NCBI RefSeq assembly: GCF_900095725.1 | Contig: NZ_FMMP01000015.1 | Coordinates: 132,364-164,363, forward strand | Direction: 5' to 3' | Origin: Cellulosilyticum sp. I15G10I2 | GTDB taxonomy: Bacteria > Bacillota > Clostridia > Lachnospirales > Cellulosilyticaceae | Length of the DNA stretch: 32,000 nucleotides | In this document: in pieces, positions 1 through 8,767 of the stretch | Numbering within the stretch: the stretch's first letter is position 1 | Layout: each line of letters opens with the position of its first letter | The notes under the pieces: model-generated | What the model was told of the DNA's origin: nothing | Databases searched by the model: none | What the model saw: only the letters and a program-made list of their open reading frames with translations | Position numbers and translations under genes: made by a program

Positions 1-105
1 TGGTCCTACTATAACTAAGATTTCACCTTTTAATAGCTCTAAGTCTACTCCTTTTAATACCTGTATATTGCCAAAGCTTTTGCGTAAACCTTCTATTTTT
101 AGCAT
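1..105 (-). CDS. amino-acid ABC transporter ATP-binding protein; only the N-terminal 35 codons are present (gene runs off the left edge)
   Basis: My reverse-complement translation from the ATG at 105-103 gives [35 protein letters not shown]. This is the standard start of a GlnQ/HisP-type ATPase, ending at the first Walker A residues. An AAGGAGAGGG SD (complement of 110-119) overlaps the permease stop. Confidence 0.8.
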   Translation of the reverse strand, partial: MLKIEGLRKSFGNIQVLKGVDLELLKGEILVIVGP

Positions 106-117
106 AAAACCCTCTCC

Positions 118-780
118 TTACTTATAGTAGTCATACTTCGTTTCAATATGCGTCATGAACTTAGACAGAACATAAGTTAATACAAGGTATACAAAGGCGA
201 TGATGACTAAAGGAAGCAGCGTTGCATCTCTGTTAGAGGCTATCTTACCAACTTTTAGGAGTTCATCGAGTCCTAAGATATACACAAGAGCCGTATCTTT
301 AACTAATGTTACTACCTCATTGCCAACAGGCGGCAATACACGTTTGAGAGCCTGTGGAAATATAATTCTAAAAAAGGTATCTTTACGGGATAAACCAAGT
401 ACTTCAGCCCCTTCGTATTGACCGCCGTCAATAGAATGAATACCCGCTCTAAAAATCTCGGCAAAATACGCCGCATAATTAAGTGAAAAAGCAAAAAGAG
501 CAGCAGGAAGCCTGCCAAACTTAATACCAATCAGCGGAAGTCCAAAGTAAATAAATACAATCTGTAATAAAAGAGGAGTGCCTCTCATTATTAGTATATA
601 GAGCCCAGTAAGTTTATTGAGAATTTTAAACTTAGATAACCGACCCAGTGCAACAATAACGCCGAGTGGGATAGAAACGATTAAAGTAAGTCCAAAGATC
701 TGTAAGGTTACGAGTAACCCATGTAAAACTTGAGGCATAAGCATACTAACGTATTCTAAAAAATGCATCATACTGTCCAA
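118..780 (-). CDS. amino-acid ABC transporter permease (His/Glu/Gln/Arg/opine family)
   Basis: 220-aa polytopic ORF. It has an EAA-loop-like segment (GAEVLGLSRKDTFFRIIFPQALKRVLPPVGNE) and sits between the binding-protein and ATPase genes on the same strand. Confidence 0.9.
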   Translation of the reverse strand: MDSMMHFLEYVSMLMPQVLHGLLVTLQIFGLTLIVSIPLGVIVALGRLSKFKILNKLTGLYILIMRGTPLLLQIVFIYFGLPLIGIKFGRLPAALFAFSLNYAAYFAEIFRAGIHSIDGGQYEGAEVLGLSRKDTFFRIIFPQALKRVLPPVGNEVVTLVKDTALVYILGLDELLKVGKIASNRDATLLPLVIIAFVYLVLTYVLSKFMTHIETKYDYYK

Positions 781-909
781 TCTAACTCCTCCTTATATAG
801 GTTTTGGTCATAGAGAAAGGGCAACTGGAGAATACTAAGATCTCCTTGCGGCCCCATTTTGTTTATTTAAAATATCTATAGCTTATTATGTTCTAAATCT
901 CTATGTAGA

Positions 910-1743
910 TTAATTAGTAATATCTTCAGCAAACCATTTTTCAGAGATTGCTGCAAGTGTACCATCTGCTTTTAGCTCGCCGTAGGCTGCATTAAATGCA
1001 TCTACCATCTTTTGATCATCTTTTCTCATACCCACGCCGTACTCTTCATCACCAAAGTTTTCTTCAAGTACTGCGAACTTTTCTTCACCTTTTAAGGCAA
1101 TGTAGTATCTAAGTAAGATTTCATCAGCTACAACAGCATCTATCCTGCCAGCTTCAAGATCCATTAAGGCTTGGTTATTATCTTCAAAAGTAACGGCTTT
1201 ACCACCTTTAAAAGAGTTATAAAGATCTGCTTCTTTTTCCATAGCAGTAACAGCACTAGATTGATTTTGTGCCCCTACGTTTTTATCTGCTAAATCAGCC
1301 TTAGTCTTGATAGCAGAGTCAGCTAAAGTAACTATAACTTGCTTGTTATTTAAATAAGGAATAGAGAAGCTTACTTTTTCTTTTCTTTCATCCGTAATCG
1401 TATAACCATTCCATATAAAATCAATGTTACCAGAGCTTAACTCAGTTTCTTTCATAGACCAGTCTATCGGTTGAAGCTTAATTTCTTTCCCAAGTTTTTC
1501 GCCGAAAGCTTTTGCAAGGTCTACGTCAAAACCAACAATTTCACCTTTTTCGTCTCTAAAACCCATAGGTGCAAAAGAATCATCAAGTCCAACAATCCAA
1601 ACATTCTTGTCAAGAGTACTTTCACCAGATGTTTCAGTTTTATTATTAACATTACTAGTATTTTGGCCACCGCAGCCAGTAAATCCAAGAGCAAGAACTC
1701 CGGATAATGATAAAAGCAAAGCTTTTTTAATTAAATTTTTCAT
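910..1743 (-). CDS. amino-acid ABC transporter substrate-binding lipoprotein
   Basis: The ORF track gives 910..1788. I start at the internal ATG at 1743 (MKNLIKKALLL...) because GGAGGAT lies just upstream. It has a signal peptide plus lipobox (LGFTGC) and type-3 SBP motifs (GFDVDLAKA, IDFIWNGYTIT, RIDAVV). Confidence 0.9.
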   Translation of the reverse strand: MKNLIKKALLLSLSGVLALGFTGCGGQNTSNVNNKTETSGESTLDKNVWIVGLDDSFAPMGFRDEKGEIVGFDVDLAKAFGEKLGKEIKLQPIDWSMKETELSSGNIDFIWNGYTITDERKEKVSFSIPYLNNKQVIVTLADSAIKTKADLADKNVGAQNQSSAVTAMEKEADLYNSFKGGKAVTFEDNNQALMDLEAGRIDAVVADEILLRYYIALKGEEKFAVLEENFGDEEYGVGMRKDDQKMVDAFNAAYGELKADGTLAAISEKWFAEDITN

Positions 1744-1846
1744 AATATAGATCCTCCGATATAAAAAATATTTACTAATGTAGCACATAACTAGTTTAGC
1801 TCGCTAAAGCGATAAAGTCAATACTTTTTTTATGTTATCTATTTTA

Positions 1847-2803
1847 TTATTCAGAGAGTATATTTGGAGGAAATTCTGTTTCAATATTTTCAATCTTTAA
1901 GAGCGATAAATCAAAATAGGGAATAGTAACAATACTGTTTGACCCATTAACTACAATGTAACATATGTTTTCTTCTTTTATAACATTACCTATAACAGCA
2001 GTTAGTACTTCTCCAGATTTTAATGTGATTTCAGCCGAGAGAGTAGGTGTATCAAATCCATATGCCCTAAGAAGATTAGGGGAAGCTATGTCTGTAATAA
2101 AATTTTTAACTTTGCAAATCTCAAAAAAATCAATGAGATTATTTAAAACCTCGGTATCTAATCCTTCAGACTCAAATAAAGTTGTTTGATCAGCTTGAGT
2201 GGGAAGAAGCGTATAAGTGTTCTCTTTATAAGTTAGAGTTATGTAATCTATATCTTTCTTATCAAAGTTTAAAAGGTGCTTGTCGCGCCATATGGCAAGG
2301 TCAGTATTTATGTTATTAAACGCCGACTTTGGCATAGTATAAATAGTATGTGCCATAGGTGAATAGACATAATAGTTAGATGGATCAGCAAGTGTTCCAC
2401 GCATGAGCTCGTAAGTATGATTATCCTTGGTATAAAGTGTAATACGCCCCGAAAAGTCATCTATACCATAATTTTTTAAATTAACGGGGTCAATGTCAAT
2501 GACCTCAGTTAAAGATGGTTGCTTAAAATTTAAAAGAATACTATAGATTAAAGAATGATCTGCTCTTGCAGCAAGAGGCTGCGATAACTCCCAATCATCT
2601 GCAATTCTTAGCACTTCTATTTGATGGCCCGATTCACTAAATTGGATCTTATTAATATTTACTGAAGACTCAGACCATAATATAGGGGGCAGGCTGGTCG
2701 GAGCAGCAAATGAACGAGAATCTTGGCGCTTTTGATAAAAAATTAATCCTGTTAAAGATATGAAAAAAAATAAGATAGGGACTAACCATCCTTTACGTTT
2801 CAT
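1847..2803 (-). CDS. hypothetical protein with an N-terminal membrane anchor (possibly DUF4340-like)
   Basis: 318-aa ORF with one N-terminal TM helix (WLVPILFFFISLTGLIFY) followed by a soluble domain. No catalytic motif recognised; the DUF4340 suggestion is from memory only. Confidence 0.6.
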   Translation of the reverse strand: MKRKGWLVPILFFFISLTGLIFYQKRQDSRSFAAPTSLPPILWSESSVNINKIQFSESGHQIEVLRIADDWELSQPLAARADHSLIYSILLNFKQPSLTEVIDIDPVNLKNYGIDDFSGRITLYTKDNHTYELMRGTLADPSNYYVYSPMAHTIYTMPKSAFNNINTDLAIWRDKHLLNFDKKDIDYITLTYKENTYTLLPTQADQTTLFESEGLDTEVLNNLIDFFEICKVKNFITDIASPNLLRAYGFDTPTLSAEITLKSGEVLTAVIGNVIKEENICYIVVNGSNSIVTIPYFDLSLLKIENIETEFPPNILSE

Positions 2804-2991
2804 GTGTTCACCTCTGTAGTCTAAGTAGTTTTATACAACATGAGTATTATACCATATGTGACAACATATGGAAGTGCAAATTATTAGGAGGTCAGTAAAA
2901 AATAAAACTAAAATAGATATTTTTTCACTGTATATATCATATAAATAAAAAGACGAGAATTAACTGAATGCGTATTTAAAATGATTATTGC

Positions 2992-4002
2992 ATGAAAAGG
3001 GGGGAGAAAGTGAGACCATTAAATAAAGAGATTATATCTCAATATGATATAAGTGTAAGAAAATACCAATATATACGAAGTGCCTATTATTTAGAAACGA
3101 ATAAAGGTAAATTCTTATTAAGAAAAGTAGATCTGCCTAAAGATCAAATCATATTTGATTATGAGGTAGATACACATCTAAAACATAGTAATTTTAAAAG
3201 TATAAATGCCATATATACTACGAAAAAACGAGTCCCCTATGCTGTTTTTGGAGAACAGTGTTATATCATGCAAGGTTACATAGAAGGTGAAGAAACTGAT
3301 TTTAAGAACTTTGAAGATCTCAAAAATACTATTTATGTCTTGGCAGAATTTCATAGGGCTGCAAAAAATGTTTCAAGTAAGGTAAAAGACATAGATAAGA
3401 TAAGCATTAAAAATATTTATGATTATTATACGAAAAGAAATATTCAAAATACTAAATTAAAAAAAAGTATTACTGCCCTTAAGCAAAAATCAAAATTCGA
3501 AATTTTGTTTTTAGATCATTGTGATGCCTATACATGCCTTGAACAAATGGCATTAGGAGGCATCAATAGAGAATTAGCAGATAGGCTTGTAAGGCGAGTA
3601 AAAGATGAGCAGACGATAGCTCATAAAGACTATACGTATCATACAGTCAATAAAACAAGTATGGGGCAGTACATGATTAATAATCTAGATACATGTAGTT
3701 ATGATATTCAAATTATTGATTTAGCCTATATTCTGGGAAGAATTATGCAAAAAAATGATTGGAATATAGAAATATTGTACGAACTTATTAAGGCCTATGA
3801 TAGTAGAAACACACTATTAAAAGAAGAATTTGAAGTTTTAAAGGCCATGATGATTTATCCAGAGAAATATAATAGCATATGCACCAAATACCTAGGCTCA
3901 AAAAGAAGATGGAATTATAATATGTTTGAGCAAAAATGGCAGAACATGATTGTGTATATGGAGCATCAAATAGAAGCAGCTAAAATTATAAATTCATGGT
4001 AA
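2992..4002 (+). CDS. CotS-family spore coat protein / kinase-like phosphotransferase
   Basis: 336-aa ORF with the size and layout of CotS/YtaA-type proteins, including an HKDYTYHTVN catalytic-loop-like segment and IIDLAY. The start is ambiguous: ATG 2992 or GTG 3010 after a G-rich SD. Confidence 0.65.
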   Translation: MKRGEKVRPLNKEIISQYDISVRKYQYIRSAYYLETNKGKFLLRKVDLPKDQIIFDYEVDTHLKHSNFKSINAIYTTKKRVPYAVFGEQCYIMQGYIEGEETDFKNFEDLKNTIYVLAEFHRAAKNVSSKVKDIDKISIKNIYDYYTKRNIQNTKLKKSITALKQKSKFEILFLDHCDAYTCLEQMALGGINRELADRLVRRVKDEQTIAHKDYTYHTVNKTSMGQYMINNLDTCSYDIQIIDLAYILGRIMQKNDWNIEILYELIKAYDSRNTLLKEEFEVLKAMMIYPEKYNSICTKYLGSKRRWNYNMFEQKWQNMIVYMEHQIEAAKIINSW

Positions 4003-4004
4003 CT

Positions 4005-4033
4005 AAGTCCCTAGCAATAGGGGCTTGTTTTAG
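4005..4033 (+). terminator. rho-independent terminator after the cotS-like gene
   Basis: AAGTCCCTA (4005-4013) pairs with TAGGGGCTT (4018-4026), with one G-U pair and a GCAA loop. GTTTTAG follows. Confidence 0.55.
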
Positions 4034-4145
4034 TGAGGAATGAATGGGAAAGCCAGTAAAATAAGTAAGTTTATTGACATTTCGTACTAACACGTTAAAA
4101 TGAATATAGAGCGTTATAAATCATACCGCAAAAAGGAGTGATTGT

Positions 4146-5516
4146 GTGAGAAGAAACAATAAGACATTTGTTAAGAGTATGATTATTACCTCTATTATAG
4201 GTTTTAGTGTACTTATGGTAATGATGTTTACAGGTATTAAATATTATGTTGATAAAAGTGGTACGAGCTCTCATTTGCAAGCAAGTAATATCATAAATGC
4301 GCCACAACCAAAAGTAGAATATAGTTCTACGATTATTGCGTTAGTAAAAAGAGTCAGTAAAGAAGAACTTGTAGCTTTTGATATAGAAAAAAAACAAGAC
4401 ATCACTAGAAGTATAGCATCCTCAACAAAAATTAGTGATGGATATGGCGGGATAATTCCTTTAAGCTCAATAAAAACAGGCGATTTGGTAGAAGTTATTT
4501 TTCAGCCAGATAAAGAAAATATATTAGCTATTAATAAAACGTTACGCACCTGGGTTAAACCAGAATTAAGTGGTGTAATCATTAATCCTTCTAAAAATGA
4601 AATTATTATTGGTAAAAAGGCATATAACTTTACAGATGACATCATGATGTTTAAAGAGGATGGAAGAGGCATTAAGGCAGCTTTTATAGGTGAATATGAT
4701 ATTTTGGAGCTCCAAGGGGTAGAAGACACTGTGTGGAGTGTACAGGTGCTGCAAAGTGCAGCCAGCATTGAATTAATAGATCTTCCAAGTTTAGAAGGAA
4801 GACTTGAAATAGATAGGACAAGAATGATTGCTTTAAAAGACATTGTAGGACCTATCAGTCTTACACCAGGGAAACATAAACTCCTTGTCGATATTAAAGG
4901 ATATGAGCCTATTACAGAAGAAGTGGAACTTGCTTCAGGAGAGCATCTTGAAATTACTTTAAAAGATGCAAAAGAAGCTTTTACAGAGCTAAATGTTGTT
5001 GTAATGAATCAAGGCGTGGATTATAGTGTACAAGTAGGCGACCAGACATTTAAAAAAGGACAACCCATTTCAGTAAAACAGGATAAGTATACTATTATAG
5101 TAAGCGCCCAAGGTTATAAAACTTGGGAGAGAGAGCTTGAGCTTGATAGAACTGCCTTTGATCTAAATATTACCCTCGAAAAAGAAGAAGATGAGGTTGT
5201 ATCTCCTGTAGGGAGCGAAAGTAATACTTCTAATAATAGTAATAATGGCAATACAAACAATAATAATTCAAGTAGTACCAATAATACAAATACTTCTAAT
5301 AACACATACACCATCAATATTTCTTCAGACCCCTCGGGCGCATACGTTTATATTGGCGGTATCTATAAGGGGCAAACGCCTTTTAAAACAACACTTCCAG
5401 TTGGGGATTATGCGATTTCACTCGAAAAGGCAGGCTATCAAAACTATTATACGAACATTATTATTGACAACAGTGATAATCAGAATAGCTTTTTATATGT
5501 ATTAACACCAGATTAA
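4146..5516 (+). CDS. PEGA-domain membrane-anchored protein with an Asn/Ser/Thr-rich linker
   Basis: GTG start 7 nt after AAAGGAG. One N-terminal TM helix. The C-terminal segment ISSDPSGAYVYIGGIYKGQTPFKTTLPVGDYAISLEKAGYQNY matches the PEGA pattern. Low-complexity N/S/T run at 5214-5306. Confidence 0.6.
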   Translation: MRRNNKTFVKSMIITSIIGFSVLMVMMFTGIKYYVDKSGTSSHLQASNIINAPQPKVEYSSTIIALVKRVSKEELVAFDIEKKQDITRSIASSTKISDGYGGIIPLSSIKTGDLVEVIFQPDKENILAINKTLRTWVKPELSGVIINPSKNEIIIGKKAYNFTDDIMMFKEDGRGIKAAFIGEYDILELQGVEDTVWSVQVLQSAASIELIDLPSLEGRLEIDRTRMIALKDIVGPISLTPGKHKLLVDIKGYEPITEEVELASGEHLEITLKDAKEAFTELNVVVMNQGVDYSVQVGDQTFKKGQPISVKQDKYTIIVSAQGYKTWERELELDRTAFDLNITLEKEEDEVVSPVGSESNTSNNSNNGNTNNNNSSSTNNTNTSNNTYTINISSDPSGAYVYIGGIYKGQTPFKTTLPVGDYAISLEKAGYQNYYTNIIIDNSDNQNSFLYVLTPD

Positions 5517-5572
5517 TAACATAATCTATGTAAAGTAATTAAAGACATGATGATATGGAGGGTGATGTTAGA

Positions 5573-7303
5573 ATGAGCTATAAGAATAAGTATAAAAGTT
5601 GGCTAGAACATGAGTATTTTGATGTAATAACAAAAGATGAATTAAGAAATATTGAAAGCGATGAAAAAGAAATAGAAGATAGATTTTATACAGAACTAGA
5701 ATTTGGGACAGCAGGACTTCGCGGGGTAATCGGTGCGGGCACAAACCGTATGAATATCTATGTTGTAAGAAAGGCTACTCAAGGATTTGCTAATTATTTG
5801 ACCAAAGTAAGAAATAGTAAAGAACCTAAAGTAGCTATTGCGTATGATTCAAGGAATATGTCTTATGAATTTGCAAAAGAAGCTGGCGCAGTATTTGCGG
5901 CCAATGGTATTCATGTTTATATCTTTGAATCCCTAAGGCCAGTACCAGAGCTGTCTTTTGCAGTCAGGGAGCTAAAGTGTCATGGCGGCGTTGTTATCAC
6001 AGCCAGTCATAATCCACCAGAGTACAATGGCTATAAGGTTTATGGAGAAGATGGCGCACAGGTTATTGCACCCTATGACCAGATGATTATAGAAGAAGTG
6101 AATAAGATCACCGATTTTAATGATGTTAAGCATATGTCAGAAGAAGAAGCTGTAGAGGCTGGATTACTTACGTGGATAGGACAAGAAGTTGATGATAAGT
6201 ATATAGAGCAGGTAAAAAAACAGGCGATTAACTTAGAGGTTATTCAAAGGGTAGCAGATGATTTTAAAATCGTTTACACGCCTATTCATGGAACAGGTAA
6301 TAAGCCTGTCAGACGTATATTAAGTGAAGTAGGTTTTAAAAATGTCTATGTAGTTGATGAACAAGCTGAGCCCAATGGAAACTTTCCGACAGTAAAAAGC
6401 CCAAATCCAGAGGATACGAATGCCTTTGCGCTGGCGATAGAACTTGCCAAAAAAGTAGGTGCAGACATTGTCATGGGAACAGACCCCGATGCAGACCGGG
6501 TAGGTGTGCTTATAAGGGATCAAAAAGGTGAGTATGTTGTGCTTACCGGTAATATGATGGGAGCAATGCTTGCCGATTATATCGTATCTCAAAAGAAGTT
6601 AAAGGGAGAACTGGCACCTAATAGTGTTATTATTAAAACGATCGTTACAACAGAAATGACACGGGCTATTGCAAAAAGCTACGGGGCAGAAGTTATAGAA
6701 GTGCTTACTGGCTTTAAATATATTGGTGAACAAATCAGGCTTTTTGAAGAAAAAGGCGATAAGACTTATGTTTTTGGTTTTGAAGAAAGCTATGGGTGTT
6801 TAGCTGGAACTTATGCAAGAGATAAAGATGCAGTAGTCGCTTGTATGCTGTCAGCAGAAATGGCAGCTTATTATAAAGATAAAGGCATGACCCTTTATGA
6901 GGCGCTTATCTCACTCTATGAAAAATATGGTTATTATAAAGAAGGAATCCTATCTATCACATTAAAAGGTATAGAAGGCATGGGTAAGATAAAAGATATT
7001 ATGGGGAACTTGAGAGCGCTTAATATAAGCACGATAAGTTCTTATACAGTGCTTGCTAAAAGAGATTATGAGACAAGTAAGAGATTAGAACAAGATTTAG
7101 GCGAAGAAGACATTTTACTTCCAAAATCCGATGTTCTATATTATGAGCTTGATGATAATGCTTGGGTGTGCATAAGACCATCCGGAACAGAGCCTAAAAT
7201 TAAATTTTATTTTGGGGTAAAGGGCAGCAGTATAGAAGATGCAGATGCCAAAGTAGAAACACTCGAAAACGCTGTAAAACAAATTATAGAACCCTGGTTA
7301 TAA
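5573..7303 (+). CDS. pgcA: alpha-phosphoglucomutase / phosphohexomutase (PgcA-type)
   Basis: I start at the internal ATG at 5573 (MSYKNKY...), not the track start at 5555. It has the phosphoserine loop TASHNPPEYNGYKVY, the metal loop GTDPDADR, the sugar loop GFEESYG and RPSGTEPKIK. Length and motif order match my memory of Bacillus subtilis PgcA. Confidence 0.9.
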   Translation: MSYKNKYKSWLEHEYFDVITKDELRNIESDEKEIEDRFYTELEFGTAGLRGVIGAGTNRMNIYVVRKATQGFANYLTKVRNSKEPKVAIAYDSRNMSYEFAKEAGAVFAANGIHVYIFESLRPVPELSFAVRELKCHGGVVITASHNPPEYNGYKVYGEDGAQVIAPYDQMIIEEVNKITDFNDVKHMSEEEAVEAGLLTWIGQEVDDKYIEQVKKQAINLEVIQRVADDFKIVYTPIHGTGNKPVRRILSEVGFKNVYVVDEQAEPNGNFPTVKSPNPEDTNAFALAIELAKKVGADIVMGTDPDADRVGVLIRDQKGEYVVLTGNMMGAMLADYIVSQKKLKGELAPNSVIIKTIVTTEMTRAIAKSYGAEVIEVLTGFKYIGEQIRLFEEKGDKTYVFGFEESYGCLAGTYARDKDAVVACMLSAEMAAYYKDKGMTLYEALISLYEKYGYYKEGILSITLKGIEGMGKIKDIMGNLRALNISTISSYTVLAKRDYETSKRLEQDLGEEDILLPKSDVLYYELDDNAWVCIRPSGTEPKIKFYFGVKGSSIEDADAKVETLENAVKQIIEPWL

Positions 7304-7356
7304 AATTAAAGCAGCTCGTATAATCGATAGATTGTACGAGCTGCTTTAATTTTATC
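7304..7356 (+). terminator. strong rho-independent terminator after pgcA
   Basis: A 17-bp perfect stem, AATTAAAGCAGCTCGTA (7304-7320) with TACGAGCTGCTTTAATT (7335-7351), followed by a T-rich tail. Confidence 0.85.
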
Positions 7357-7562
7357 ATTGCTATGCTGCCCGCTGCAGACTGTCCAAAAACTGACTCAAG
7401 CCTAAAATTCCCCTGCGGACCTATAGAAAACTATAACAGATAGTTTTCAGTCACTCTAGAGGGATAGAGTGCTTCAAAAGATAAAACCAAAAAAGTAAGA
7501 ATATAACTTACTTCAACATAATAAACATAGTAATAAATGAGCGCTTAAAGAGGTGTAAAACT

Positions 7563-8570
7563 ATGTTCAATATAGGGGATTATGTTGTTAGATTATCCTA
7601 TGGGAAAGATATATTATTTCGTATAACATATATTTCACCCAGTCAAATAGCTCGGTTAAAAGGCATATCTTATAGAGTAATAGCAGATGCCCCAATCAAA
7701 GATCTTGAGCTTGCAGATGGGATGCGATTTACAAATCAAGAGACAAATATCATGAATACTATTCAGCAAAATGTAGAAAGAATCATGAGAGAAAGAGAAG
7801 AAAATAAGAAAGGAAAATTACCTAGATTTCAAAAAACAGGGACAGTTCTCCATATAGATGGAGACGCTTTTTATTTAAACCTATGTCTTAAATACTATAA
7901 AATCTTAGATATACCCGCTATTGGTGAACATGTTATGGAATCAGAGCAACCTAAAAAAGTACGTTATTTACTGGAGAAGTATTCTCCAGATATATTAGTA
8001 CTTACAGGCCATGATTCACTTAATAAGCATTATAAAAGTTTATATGATGTTAATGAATATAGAAATTCTAATTATTTTATAGAGTCTGTGAAAAGAGCTC
8101 GGGCAATAAATCCAAGTATGGATGACTTAATTATATTTGCTGGAGCGTGTCAATCATATTTTGAAGGGATACTTGCAGCAGGTGCTGATTATGCAGCATC
8201 GCCAGGAAGAGTACTTATTCATGCACTAGACCCGGTGTTTATTGTAGAAAAGGCAGCTCAATGTCCATTTCATAAGGTGCTTTCCATAGAAGATGCCCTA
8301 GAAAATACGATTACCAAATTTAATGGATTAGGAGGTTATGAGATTATAGGTAAATGTAGAAGAGGAGGTCCTGTGGTAGAAGAACAAAAAGGAAAAAACA
8401 AGCAAGTAAAGCCAAGTATGAAGGTGGAGTATATTAAGGATCTCGATATTGATAGTATGACAGAAGAAGAACTAGAAAGGGAACTCAAAAAACCTATTTT
8501 CACAGATACAGATAAAGAGTTTGAGGAAAAAATAATGTACTATATGGGAAATACAATACCACTTAAATAA
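7563..8570 (+). CDS. yabG: sporulation-specific cysteine protease YabG
   Basis: N-terminus MFNIGDYVVRLSYGKDILFRI, then HIDGDAFYL, PDILVLTGHD, IFAGACQSYFE, IHALDPVFIV and GLGGYE. These match the conserved blocks of B. subtilis YabG as I remember them. There is an extra lysine/acidic C-terminal tail. Confidence 0.88.
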   Translation: MFNIGDYVVRLSYGKDILFRITYISPSQIARLKGISYRVIADAPIKDLELADGMRFTNQETNIMNTIQQNVERIMREREENKKGKLPRFQKTGTVLHIDGDAFYLNLCLKYYKILDIPAIGEHVMESEQPKKVRYLLEKYSPDILVLTGHDSLNKHYKSLYDVNEYRNSNYFIESVKRARAINPSMDDLIIFAGACQSYFEGILAAGADYAASPGRVLIHALDPVFIVEKAAQCPFHKVLSIEDALENTITKFNGLGGYEIIGKCRRGGPVVEEQKGKNKQVKPSMKVEYIKDLDIDSMTEEELERELKKPIFTDTDKEFEEKIMYYMGNTIPLK

Positions 8571-8571
8571 C

Positions 8572-8597
8572 AAGGACCCCTTAAGGTCCTTATTCTT
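8572..8597 (+). terminator. terminator hairpin after yabG
   Basis: AAGGACC (8572-8578) pairs with GGTCCTT (8585-8591), followed by ATTCTT. Confidence 0.5.
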
Positions 8598-8767
8598 AAT
8601 GATTTCATACAAAAAATTTAAAGAACCGTCCGCAAGAGGAATATTATTAAGTAAGAGAGAATATATATAAAATTAGTAGTAGTTAGTCCAATTTTTAAGG
8701 AAAGTCATATTACTTAGAGATGTATACATAAACTTGTATATATAATGCTATAGGAGGGGGAAATAAA

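Noticed and set aside
5214-5306. Asn/Ser/Thr-rich stretch considered as a tandem DNA repeat or phase-variation tract
   Set aside because: It is in-frame low-complexity coding sequence with no perfect repeat unit or homopolymer tract. It is better explained as a disordered linker.
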